64,000 nucleotides of DNA from Candidatus Latescibacterota bacterium. Lineage in GTDB: Bacteria; Latescibacterota; UBA2968. Below the pieces are notes generated by a model, which worked only from the letters and a program-made list of their open reading frames with translations, did not search any database and was not told the DNA's origin. The stretch covers positions 4,928,001 through 4,992,000 of the forward strand of contig OZ220741.1 of NCBI GenBank assembly GCA_965116885.1, in the 5' to 3' direction. Positions 1-8,581 of this stretch are shown piece after piece; position 1 is the first letter of the stretch; each line of letters begins with the position of its first letter. Made by a program: the position numbers and the translations under genes.

Positions 1-2
1 TC

Positions 3-275
3 ACCGTCAAATCCCCCGGTCCCCTGTATGTCCGCATCCCGACCTGGGTCAATCCGTCCGATATCGCCGTCGCCGACCGCTTCACCTGCTCCAATGGCTA
101 TCTCATAATCTCCCAACCCCCGGTCAACGCCCCCATCGAAACACGCTTTCCCCTCACCGAGCGCGAAATCGTTCTAAAACACCGCACGCGAGACATCAGA
201 GTGCGCCTGAAAGGAGACTCGGTGCTCGCAATGGAAAATCACGGCGCCGATCTGACCTATTTCGATCCCATATAA
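3..275 (+). CDS. 5'-truncated CDS (C-terminal ~90 aa), hypothetical; weak resemblance to GH127-like C-terminal beta domain
   Basis: Open frame from window edge: TVKSPGPLYVRIPTWVNP...DLTYFDPI* (TAA 273-275); not in ORF track because it lacks a start. Confidence 0.6.
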   Translation, partial: TVKSPGPLYVRIPTWVNPSDIAVADRFTCSNGYLIISQPPVNAPIETRFPLTEREIVLKHRTRDIRVRLKGDSVLAMENHGADLTYFDPI

Positions 276-292
276 CGGTCGCGATCGGTAGA

Positions 293-640
293 TCAACTGC
301 CCTTGAATGCGTTAAGAGCCTCTTTCTGAGAGTCATAGACAGCGACCAACTGATCAAAACGCCCGAGCGCCATAACCTTGCGAATTGGATCAGATAGGGC
401 GCAAACTCCAAATTGCTTGCCCGATGCCTTAAATTCCCTGGCAAAGATCAGAAAAATCCGAATCCCCGCACTGCTGATAAAGGATATCTGTTCACAGTCC
501 AGGATCAATGCATGCTCTTCAGGATCAATACCAGATTCCAGGACACTCTGAAATTCAGAAGCAGTGATACTGTCAATAGGACCACTGGGCCTTGCTATCA
601 AGAATCCATCTTTTCGCTCCCACTTAACATCTATATTCAT
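293..640 (-). CDS. STAS domain anti-sigma factor antagonist
   Basis: 115 aa; G.ID...A, LILDCEQISFISSAGIR motif with the conserved phosphorylatable Ser. Confidence 0.9.
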   Translation of the reverse strand: MNIDVKWERKDGFLIARPSGPIDSITASEFQSVLESGIDPEEHALILDCEQISFISSAGIRIFLIFAREFKASGKQFGVCALSDPIRKVMALGRFDQLVAVYDSQKEALNAFKGS

Positions 641-711
641 CTAAGTATATCCCCTTGCAGATAAATGTATTATGATAAAAATGTCGGTTAAAATTATCTG
701 AAAAATGCCCT

Positions 712-1959
712 TCATCCTGGACTCTGTAGTGAGCCTCGGCGCAGTGTCAACCGCAGATAATCTTCGGTCGCCTCAAACTCCGGATCAACGCCGTTTTGCG
801 CCCGCATCAGCGGAATGATCTTATTTCTCACGCCCATACCGCGCGCATCGGAATAACTATAATCTCGCAATGTCTCGGAGATAAGCAAATTGCGGGGAAT
901 GCGCTGACCGGCGACCATTTTTTCAATTGTCATGCCATTTTGCAACGCACCGGGGCTTGTAATCTCAATGCGATCTGCGTAACGGGCCACCTCGATTTGC
1001 TCATATCGCGTCCAGTCCCGATGCGTGAGCGCGTTGACAATGCCTTCGCGAAGCGCGTCCAGCGGATAGTGCCAACGCCGTTCCCGACGCATGGATTCAT
1101 CTACTTGCCCCGCCTCCTCGGATACGAATGGGCGCATTGCATCGGCAAGACGTTCAATAAGACCCTTTTCCACAAGTTCACGCCCCCCCGACAGCACCCG
1201 CCAGAGATCGACAAGCGGTCCTTCAATCACCTGATCGTCAAGAGCCTCATAAGTCTTATCCTCCCCATCGAAACACATCCAGCGAATACCGGCATGGCGC
1301 AACAGGCGGCGCGGTCGATAACCGAACAAAATCAACCCGGCAATGGTACAAGCAGGCGGGCCATCCTCCCGCTCGACCATAAAACCCAACGCGCAAAGCC
1401 GCTCGTTCCACGCCTCGTCGGTCTCCGGTACATCTCGATCTCCGACAATCGCTGTGAGATAATCCGTCAGCCTTTCCCTGCTCAAATCGCTAAGGCCGCT
1501 ACCGGAAACCGGCAATAATTCTGTGTGAATCAAACCGCCAACAGCGAAAAGCCGTGCTTGTTGCTCGCGCGAAGCCAGTTGAGACGTACTGCCAACCCGT
1601 ATGTAAATATCTTCCCTGCCGCGATAACGCACGACATAGGGTTTTGTAGCACCTTGCGTAACCGTAATAACCGCGACGCGGCGTATATCGTCTATCGGCA
1701 CTTCCTCGTAAAACGGAAGTATCATCGGATGCACCACGCGACCAAACACGGAATCCATCACCCAACGCTCGAGATGGTTTCTCTGTATGCCAGTGATGGA
1801 ACCGTCGTCTTCCACACCCAGAAGGATGCGCCCCCCCTGAAAGTTGGCGAGTGCCACCACCTCCCTCGCGAGTTGTTCCGGGCGCAAATCATCCCGCTTA
1901 AACTCTACACCAGAGTTCTCACCCCCGGCTATCAGTTCGAGAAGTTCCGAACGTTTCAT
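712..1959 (-). CDS. Schlafen/AlbA_2 domain + GHKL-like HATPase_c_4 protein (often mis-annotated as 'RecG-like')
   Basis: GENSGVEFK, EVVALANFQGG.ILLGVEDDG (AlbA_2); LREGIVNALTHRDW...IEITSPG...RN...GMGV (HATPase_c_4). Confidence 0.85.
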   Translation of the reverse strand: MKRSELLELIAGGENSGVEFKRDDLRPEQLAREVVALANFQGGRILLGVEDDGSITGIQRNHLERWVMDSVFGRVVHPMILPFYEEVPIDDIRRVAVITVTQGATKPYVVRYRGREDIYIRVGSTSQLASREQQARLFAVGGLIHTELLPVSGSGLSDLSRERLTDYLTAIVGDRDVPETDEAWNERLCALGFMVEREDGPPACTIAGLILFGYRPRRLLRHAGIRWMCFDGEDKTYEALDDQVIEGPLVDLWRVLSGGRELVEKGLIERLADAMRPFVSEEAGQVDESMRRERRWHYPLDALREGIVNALTHRDWTRYEQIEVARYADRIEITSPGALQNGMTIEKMVAGQRIPRNLLISETLRDYSYSDARGMGVRNKIIPLMRAQNGVDPEFEATEDYLRLTLRRGSLQSPG

Positions 1960-1994
1960 CGCTCTGATCCTCAGTCTTTCGTTACCTCAAACTG

Positions 1995-2041
1995 GACTAT
2001 CTCTGACACAACTCGGCTATCATCGCCACGTTTTCCCCGAG
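1995..2041. repeat. 47-bp imperfect direct repeat, copy 1 (duplicate of the 3' end of CDS 11049-11894)
   Basis: 41/47 identical to 11047-11093 by manual alignment; encodes LGENVAMIAELCQR* versus LGENAAMIAELCQG* on the minus strand. Confidence 0.9.
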
Positions 2042-2158
2042 ATTGCGATTATTGTCGCGGTCCTGCCGGTTGCCGAGATAGGCATAGCCCAGCGCATCCT
2101 TGAAAAACGCAATCACGCGCTTCTGCGTGAGGATTTCCCGTTGTCCGACCTTACTCGT
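2042..2158 (-). pseudogene. hsdR: 5' remnant of type I restriction endonuclease subunit R
   Basis: Reads (ACG)SKVGQREILTQKRVIAFFKDALGYAYLGNRQDRDNNRN, resembling HsdR N-termini; start position overlaps the stop of 2151-3563; truncated at the repeat. Confidence 0.7.
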
Positions 2159-3563
2159 CCTTCGTCTCCACTACTTTCCAATGGCCTCCCCTGGCGGGCC
2201 CGATCCGTTCAAGGACACCCATTTTTTTCAGCTTACTGATCTGCCACTCGATTCCCTTTGCTGTGATTTCGAGTTGGTTCGCCAATTCCGCTGTGGTGAT
2301 TGAGGGGTTGGCGGCGATCAGGCTCAAAATTTTCTCCCTAGTTTTCTCCCTAGTTTTCTCCCTAGTTTTCTCCCTAGTTTTCTCCCTAGTTTTCTCCCTA
2401 GTTTTCTCTTGTTCTTGGCTAGTTTTTGGGGTAGTGGCACTATCGGCTGCTTGGTACGCAGCAGAGAAGGGGAACCTCAACCACAGACCGTCGCCGCCCG
2501 GTTCCAACTCCCACTTTGGCGTGGGATTGCCAGCCTCCTTACAGATGTCCACGATCCGCCGAATGCCTCGTCCCCAGGCTTCGATCATTCCAGCTCGGAA
2601 GAATGCGTAGGCAATCCGCGGGTTATACGGTTTTGACGAAAGTTCCCCGGTAAGCTGGCCAGCGGCCCATTCAGGCGGCAACTGCACCGCATTCCAGATC
2701 GAGATCCGGTCATCGTACACGCGAATCTGAATCGTGGTAGGACTGGCGTAGTCGCGGTGAATGATGGCGTTGATTACCGCTTCTCGCATAGCTTCGCGCG
2801 GTACAGGAAAGGTCTCCACGCGGTAAACACCGTCGTAGGAAATCAATGCCCTCGTATATTTCGTGTACAGCAAGTCCATTGTCCGATTGACCTGAGTAAA
2901 CAGATCGCCTTCGACAATATCCTGATACAGCAGTTCCGAACCGCGAAAATAACCGATCTTTACATAGGCTTCCATCACGAACCTGTCCGGTGCTGGATGA
3001 AAGAGCAGGACCGCGGCGCGCTTCAGGAAATCCGCCTCTCGCAACTGAAGCCTTTCGATGACGCCCTCATCGGATTCGTCCAAGATGTCCCGTGGCAAGC
3101 GTTCGCTGTCAGCACCCCGCTGCCGAAACTCATCAAAGATACGACTGTCCAGATCCTCGATACTGACGCCCGGCAGGGGCACATCATCCCATGTTCGACC
3201 ATATTTCTGTAACAGGAAGCGGCTAAGTGCCGCGCCTCTGAGCACCTGCTTGGTACTGCCACTTCGATAGTGAAATTCGCCCTTATAGCTAATTGGATTC
3301 GGGTAGGGATCAACAGCTATTTCCAGATATTCCCCGCCATCTTCTGACTTCAGGTTCACGTCAACCACGATGCCGAGCAATGACTGAGCCTTATTGGGGA
3401 TCTCTTCAAGCAGTCGGAGAATGTTCTCCATTCCGACCACCTCACCCCGGTCATTCTTACCGATTTCCAGTACGCCGCCCTGAGCGTTGGCGAAGCCGCA
3501 GACCCATTTCAGGTATTCGTCTCGCCACGACTCTTTCCATTCAATGTGCTGGGTTTCGTTCAT
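2151..3563 (-). CDS. AlbA_2 + HATPase_c_4 + C-terminal winged-HTH protein with (TREK)6 linker
   Basis: ETQHIEWKE...GFANAQGG; REAVINAIIHRDY; PYNPRIA...IEAWGRG; C-terminal HTH ending LERIGPARGGHW. Confidence 0.85.
   Translation of the reverse strand: MNETQHIEWKESWRDEYLKWVCGFANAQGGVLEIGKNDRGEVVGMENILRLLEEIPNKAQSLLGIVVDVNLKSEDGGEYLEIAVDPYPNPISYKGEFHYRSGSTKQVLRGAALSRFLLQKYGRTWDDVPLPGVSIEDLDSRIFDEFRQRGADSERLPRDILDESDEGVIERLQLREADFLKRAAVLLFHPAPDRFVMEAYVKIGYFRGSELLYQDIVEGDLFTQVNRTMDLLYTKYTRALISYDGVYRVETFPVPREAMREAVINAIIHRDYASPTTIQIRVYDDRISIWNAVQLPPEWAAGQLTGELSSKPYNPRIAYAFFRAGMIEAWGRGIRRIVDICKEAGNPTPKWELEPGGDGLWLRFPFSAAYQAADSATTPKTSQEQEKTREKTREKTREKTREKTREKTREKILSLIAANPSITTAELANQLEITAKGIEWQISKLKKMGVLERIGPARGGHWKVVETKDE
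2330..2408. repeat. 12-bp tandem repeat (TTTTCTCCCTAG)x6 plus partial unit, in-frame VNTR
   Basis: Perfect units seen directly; encode TREK x6 on the minus strand. Confidence 0.95.
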
Positions 3564-5077
3564 GTCACCGTACTCCCTGGCTCCAGACCTGCAATAGCAG
3601 CCCGCCCCTTGTCCGTTAACCGGTACTTCTGCAATGGGCTACGCGGTTTGTCAGGGACAGTCATTTCCAGTAACTTATCATCTAATAGTCGTCTAAGCCG
3701 CTGCCCGAAGCTTTTTGTGCGACTCGAATATCCCGCAGCCATCTGCAACTCTCTACTCGTTGCCTCTCCTTGAACACACGCTTGCAGCATGACAATGTCC
3801 CTAACTGAAATTTCAGCTTGTCTCCTGTCTATCAGTGGTTCTATCGGTAACTCTAGCTGTCTAGCAGGTTCTGCTCGCCAAATCTTTGTTACAAACCCTT
3901 GAGTGACAGCGAACTCCGGTTCTGGCAAACCCGCATCTATGCATCGACTGATCATGTCCAGTGTTCCCGTACCCATCCGTTCAATATATTCGGCAAGGTA
4001 CATAGATTCCGCCAGCAGAGGGTTGCCGGGTACCGACGTGTGCGCGACCCGCAACTTCTCTAATGTCAGTGGCGGCGGTAGCCTGCCGGGATTCCAGACC
4101 TCCAACCGATCCGCGAAGAGCATGACCTGCACGCTACCGTTATCTGTATAGTCACGGTGCGCCACCGCGTTGACAATGGCTTCTGTCACAACTTCTTCCG
4201 GAATTTCATAGGTACGGGGAGCGCGGGCACTCTCGACCCGTGTGCCTATTGACCGATTGATCTTGCTCAACACGAAATCTACCGCCTGGTCAACAAGATC
4301 GAATACCGTGCCCTTATAGACTTGATAGGACGGAATTGGTTTGGCGACCTCTGTCCCGTGGAAGTGAGCACATCTAACTTCGGAAGAAATGAGATGCCGC
4401 TGAGGTGCCTTCCCGAACAGCAACACCGCTGCATTCGTCAACCGCCCGTCGTTCAACAGTTTCAGATGCTCCAATAACTCCTCAAGAGACGTGTCTTCTG
4501 TCAACGGAAACTGCCTAGCCCTGCGTGCGGTACGGATGAATCGAATAATTCGCTCGAAATCGAGATCGTCCAGCACCGTCTTTTCGCATGGTGCCGCATC
4601 GAATGGCCCCCGGCGGATCAATTCTTTGGTTTCAAGATACTCTACCAACGCCGCATAGAGTTCGGTTACCAGTTCTGCCTGAGTATTGAATCGTTTCCGA
4701 ATTAGCCCCGCCTGCGCCTTACCGATCAACGCCTCCATCCTTGGATGCCGGACGTGGGTTCCTGTCCCTTTCACAAAGATCAGACGATGCAGTCCCAGAG
4801 TAGTCGCGCGGTCAAACTCCCGTTCCGTAGGCGACACTCCTTCTTCGTCCTCATTTCCGTAGTCACTACCAAATAATCCCACATAGAGATCGCACCGTTC
4901 AACTTCATCCAGATAGAGCGCATCGGGCCGCCGATCCGAAGCCGGAATATCCTCGAACAGAAACACCTCGAAGAACCGCCGCATCAGCGGATCTCCGCAC
5001 AGATAATCGCGCAACACCGTTCGTTCTTGTGCGAACTCCGTTTGTACGCTGCTGATAAAAATGCGAAGTGGAGTCAT
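3560..5077 (-). CDS. DUF4062 (NDT/TIR-like) + HATPase_c_4 + wHTH protein
   Basis: RIFISSVQTEFAQER...CDLYVGLFG..YG...SPTEREF (DUF4062); EAIVNAVAHRDY; GNPLLA...IERMGTG; C-terminal PDKPRSPLQKYRLT. Confidence 0.85.
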   Translation of the reverse strand: MTPLRIFISSVQTEFAQERTVLRDYLCGDPLMRRFFEVFLFEDIPASDRRPDALYLDEVERCDLYVGLFGSDYGNEDEEGVSPTEREFDRATTLGLHRLIFVKGTGTHVRHPRMEALIGKAQAGLIRKRFNTQAELVTELYAALVEYLETKELIRRGPFDAAPCEKTVLDDLDFERIIRFIRTARRARQFPLTEDTSLEELLEHLKLLNDGRLTNAAVLLFGKAPQRHLISSEVRCAHFHGTEVAKPIPSYQVYKGTVFDLVDQAVDFVLSKINRSIGTRVESARAPRTYEIPEEVVTEAIVNAVAHRDYTDNGSVQVMLFADRLEVWNPGRLPPPLTLEKLRVAHTSVPGNPLLAESMYLAEYIERMGTGTLDMISRCIDAGLPEPEFAVTQGFVTKIWRAEPARQLELPIEPLIDRRQAEISVRDIVMLQACVQGEATSRELQMAAGYSSRTKSFGQRLRRLLDDKLLEMTVPDKPRSPLQKYRLTDKGRAAIAGLEPGSTVT

Positions 5078-5197
5078 GTTAAAACCTATTTATTGTTCTA
5101 TCTCAAACTTATGGATCGCTCGGCTTTTGATATCAGCCCTCCAATTACCAGGCGGAGCATCTTTGTCCCAAGCGATTACCGCGTGACATTGGCTGAC

Positions 5198-5434
5198 TCA
5201 CGGCTTACTCTGTGAGGTTGTCATCTCCCGCTTCCAATACCCTACTTGTACCCCTACTTGTACCCCTACTTGTACCCCTACTTGTACCCCTACTTGTACC
5301 CCTACTTGTACCCCTACTTGTACCCCTACTTGTACCCCTACTTGTACCCCTACTTGTACCCCTGTAGCATTAATGGTGTTACGCGATAGGGAAACCTCCA
5401 TTGCAACTTCTTGAACTGAAACATTGCCAAGCAC
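5198..5434 (-). pseudogene. Short ORF made mostly of (GVQV)10; probable linker remnant of another AlbA/GHKL-wHTH gene
   Basis: 78-aa ORF; 4-aa periodic linker of the same type as in 2151-3563; no other domain recognisable. Confidence 0.35.
5241..5360. repeat. 12-bp perfect tandem repeat (CCTACTTGTACC)x10
   Basis: Ten identical units counted directly; no spacers. Confidence 0.95.
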
Positions 5435-5570
5435 ACCTTCATCTGTCCAGATGAGTTGCTATACTTACGTGGTGCTACGCATGCACAGTTGTATATCGCT
5501 TCAAGTTATACAGCAAAATATGGGCAAGGGATTTCAAGTCGTCAAGCATCGCTGAGAGTCGAACGCAGAT

Positions 5571-6368
5571 TTACGTTGACAGGTAAGACAGGTCTGATCC
5601 ACTATCTGTAAAGCGGAAGACTCGCATCGCATTAGCCCGTAGAATACGCCTCAGTTCGACCACAGAAATGTCTCTTACAACTGCTAGACGTTCAGTGGTC
5701 ATGATGACATCGGCTGGTTCACTCTTGCGACCACCCATAGAGGTGAGTGGTGCATCAGTTTCTGTGAGCAACCGATCTTCTGGGAAGCTCCTCACTAATC
5801 TGACTCCTCTATTGTGTTCAAGCATTTGATGGTTAATAGAAAAGTAACAACCTATACTCGCTGCTTTGTGACCAACAGCTATAGAGCTAGAGAACCAATG
5901 CAAGATCGGCAAAACCCGGTCAGAAGTTGTGCATTCCTCTATGCATTCCACCACCTTACTTGCAGCCCTGCGGCTATGAATGCTGACAATACGCCTACCA
6001 AGCCTCTGTGCAGCGTCTAAGGCTCGCGTGAAGATTTCGACTTGTACCTGCCAGTGCTTATAATACTGCGGACTACCATCAAGTCCGATCTCCCCAATAA
6101 AGGGGCTCTCCTTAATATATTCTTCCAATAATGCTATCTCACGGTGACGTTCGCCGACGAGTTCAGGATGGAGACCAAGTGCCGAAAATACATATCGACT
6201 TCCCTCGGTCCATCGCCTATTCTGAGGCCAAGCTTTCGGCGTTGTTGTGACCGCAAGCGTGGCGATCTGCTCTCTTTCGCATGCTGCGATTACTTCGGTA
6301 GGATTAGGATAAAGATCAACGTGACAGTGAAAATCAATCCCCCGTATTGGCTCGCTATACTTCACCAT
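5571..6368 (-). CDS. qatD: Qat anti-phage system TatD-family nuclease QatD
   Basis: DFHCHVDLY, GLHPEL, GEIGLDG, SIHSRRA, ILHWFS, LTETDAP; fourth gene of the qat operon. Confidence 0.92.
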   Translation of the reverse strand: MVKYSEPIRGIDFHCHVDLYPNPTEVIAACEREQIATLAVTTTPKAWPQNRRWTEGSRYVFSALGLHPELVGERHREIALLEEYIKESPFIGEIGLDGSPQYYKHWQVQVEIFTRALDAAQRLGRRIVSIHSRRAASKVVECIEECTTSDRVLPILHWFSSSIAVGHKAASIGCYFSINHQMLEHNRGVRLVRSFPEDRLLTETDAPLTSMGGRKSEPADVIMTTERLAVVRDISVVELRRILRANAMRVFRFTDSGSDLSYLST

Positions 6369-7723
6369 GGCCTGATCTCGACATTATCCAAAACTGCTCC
6401 GACTTCCGAGATTCCTCGCACGAAGACAGCCTCGTATTTAGAAATTTCTTGATCGGAATAATCCGACAGCGAACCCGATTTCCAGATCAGAAACCGGGCT
6501 AGTTCTGGACGCTGTGCTAACCGTTGCGACATCAACTGAAATGACCGGACATCCAGGCCTTCGGATCTCTTTGAGTTCAAGGTGCGATCTCCCAGATTCG
6601 CTAATGTATAAGATGTCGGATCATTTCCGAAGGCGTGCCTGATCGCACTGCGTCGTATTAGACATGGTACACAATGGCCGCAATGTTGGTGAGGCAGCCC
6701 CTTCCACCGTGCCTTTGTGATTGATGAGCACGATATTGTTTCTGCCATATGATGTTCGAGGAAGGGCTTGTTCGCACAGGTGGCCAACATCTCTCCCTTC
6801 GTCTGGAAGCGGTATGGATTCTGCCATATGATCCCTAAACCCAAGTAACGCGACAAGTCCTCCCACTTTGCCATGTAAAAGGGATGCGTAGTGCGTGTGC
6901 TCCAGGCACCTATTCGCAATGGGTCAAGCGGTACATTCAGGGAGATAAGACCGTTCTCCGGTACGTACACGGTCATATCCCTATCGAAACCACTTGCGGC
7001 TAGTGCTGCCAGCGCGAAGAATAGAAATGAGCGACCTCTGGTTGTTTTATCAGGTTCGGAATCCCGGACGAGATCATTAGGAAACCCCACACGAGCACGC
7101 ACATGGCGGGTTGCCAAATTCCCATACACTCTTCCCAGTTGCTCAGCGCATATTTCCTGCGAACTGGTGCTTGAATCCCAGTAATGACTGACAAAGAGCG
7201 GCTCCGCGCCGCCAGCCAGTAAGTCTATTGCTCCAACAAAGCTATCGAGTCCACCCGAGAACAAACACAGACTGTCGAACGTCGAGGGAAATAGTTTTGT
7301 CCCAGTCTTGATGATCTGTCGATAATCTTGATGACGTGCTCGGAAAAAGACTCGCCAGCGATCACCAGTAAGGAAATTCAGCATCCTTACAATTAGGCCA
7401 CTTGCAGTTTTCCAGAGGTCTGGATTACACACAGGTACATACAGGTCTATTTCGCGTGTCCAGCTATCCTGTGCCTCAGTCACTCGTGATAGCCGTGTAT
7501 CAGCAGCAGTCACTATTGCAGCCAATAGAGCCAAGTCGAGCGCGGTATCCGTTGGACGTAGGGAGCAATCACCTAATTGATCAACTATTTGCCCGAGCCC
7601 GTAACCAAGATGTCCGTTACTATCGATAAAATGAATCTGCGTTACTTCAGAGCCGGGTTCTTGAACTCTAATTCGTGATGTGTCTGCAGGGCCCAGCCGG
7701 GCTATGATGCTGTGTCGTCTCAT
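6362..7723 (-). CDS. qatC: Qat anti-phage system QueC-like protein QatC
   Basis: PP-loop LFSGGLDS, RGRSFLF, PENGLISLN, STRTTHP, HCGHCVPCLIRR Zn motif. Confidence 0.93.
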   Translation of the reverse strand: MRRHSIIARLGPADTSRIRVQEPGSEVTQIHFIDSNGHLGYGLGQIVDQLGDCSLRPTDTALDLALLAAIVTAADTRLSRVTEAQDSWTREIDLYVPVCNPDLWKTASGLIVRMLNFLTGDRWRVFFRARHQDYRQIIKTGTKLFPSTFDSLCLFSGGLDSFVGAIDLLAGGAEPLFVSHYWDSSTSSQEICAEQLGRVYGNLATRHVRARVGFPNDLVRDSEPDKTTRGRSFLFFALAALAASGFDRDMTVYVPENGLISLNVPLDPLRIGAWSTRTTHPFYMAKWEDLSRYLGLGIIWQNPYRFQTKGEMLATCANKPFLEHHMAETISCSSITKARWKGLPHQHCGHCVPCLIRRSAIRHAFGNDPTSYTLANLGDRTLNSKRSEGLDVRSFQLMSQRLAQRPELARFLIWKSGSLSDYSDQEISKYEAVFVRGISEVGAVLDNVEIRPW

Positions 7724-8565
7724 TCCTTGATGTCACCCCATGCTTCAAGAAGATCCCAGGCATTCCGATATGTCTCATCCACGATGTTCGAGATGTCTTG
7801 ATCCGACAAATTGGACAGGTTGATGAGATCGGACGAAAAGCCATCACGCACTGCAAGTCGGATATAATCCTGGAATTGAGCTTCAAATGCCTCGATAGCC
7901 GATAGGTCTTCAGCTATTCTGAATCCGTTTAATCCAATAGCCTGAAATAGCTGAGTTTCGATCGCGTGAGCGACAAATGATAGGAAGACCTCCTCAATCT
8001 GTTCAGGTGATAGATCATTCAAATTTTCAATTCCGAACTGGTCTATATCGGCAATTGTCTCCAGCCAAGCATCGCGTGCGATACCTTCATCTATTGACCC
8101 ACCATCCCAACAAATGACATCGGTGAGCCCGAGAAACACGTCCACAGCGGGACGTCCAACCAAATTTTCCAAATTATGCTGCTGCAAGGTCGCGTCAATG
8201 CCGTCCCGCTGAAAACCCTGGAATACCCCAAGCATTCCTCTGGCTGTTGCACGCGAGGAACCCATCCGCCGCGTTGCCCCACCACTTCCACCTGTGCCCA
8301 AATGCACATAGTCACGCACGGCGCGCCGCAGAGCTCCGTGATTATACCCTCCTGATTTAGCAAACGCCGAGAAATTCCTTCGCGCGCCTCGAAATCGAGC
8401 AGGTAGCGGGGCTGGCTCAATTGCTGGTCGCGGTGATTCATCCTGCTGATTGCCTTGATCCTCTGTACCGCCCGACAAGGGTGTGGTGGCACCCGGCTCA
8501 TCAACCCAAGTGGGCACAAGCACTGAGTTCGAATTAGGACCACCTGAAACCCCTGAAGTTCCCAT
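7720..8565 (-). CDS. qatB: Qat anti-phage system protein QatB
   Basis: N-terminal MGTS..SGGP...LVPTW; located between KAP NTPase and QueC-like gene. Confidence 0.88.
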   Translation of the reverse strand: MGTSGVSGGPNSNSVLVPTWVDEPGATTPLSGGTEDQGNQQDESPRPAIEPAPLPARFRGARRNFSAFAKSGGYNHGALRRAVRDYVHLGTGGSGGATRRMGSSRATARGMLGVFQGFQRDGIDATLQQHNLENLVGRPAVDVFLGLTDVICWDGGSIDEGIARDAWLETIADIDQFGIENLNDLSPEQIEEVFLSFVAHAIETQLFQAIGLNGFRIAEDLSAIEAFEAQFQDYIRLAVRDGFSSDLINLSNLSDQDISNIVDETYRNAWDLLEAWGDIKE

Positions 8566-8581
8566 GACCTTGTTTCCTTGC

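Noticed and set aside
682..703. Third copy of the 47-bp island repeat
   Set aside because: Only TCGGTTA and CTGA match the flank of copy 2; too weak to call
712..5077. 'ATP-dependent DNA helicase RecG' annotation
   Set aside because: No SF2 helicase motifs (Walker A, DExH); only AlbA_2/DUF4062 and HATPase_c_4 motifs are present
5090..5200. Programmed TGA read-through or selenocysteine in the GVQV ORF
   Set aside because: No recognisable selenoprotein context or convincing SECIS; a pseudogene or chance open frame is simpler
5241..5360. Possible CRISPR array
   Set aside because: Contiguous 12-bp units with no spacers and no cas genes; it is a VNTR
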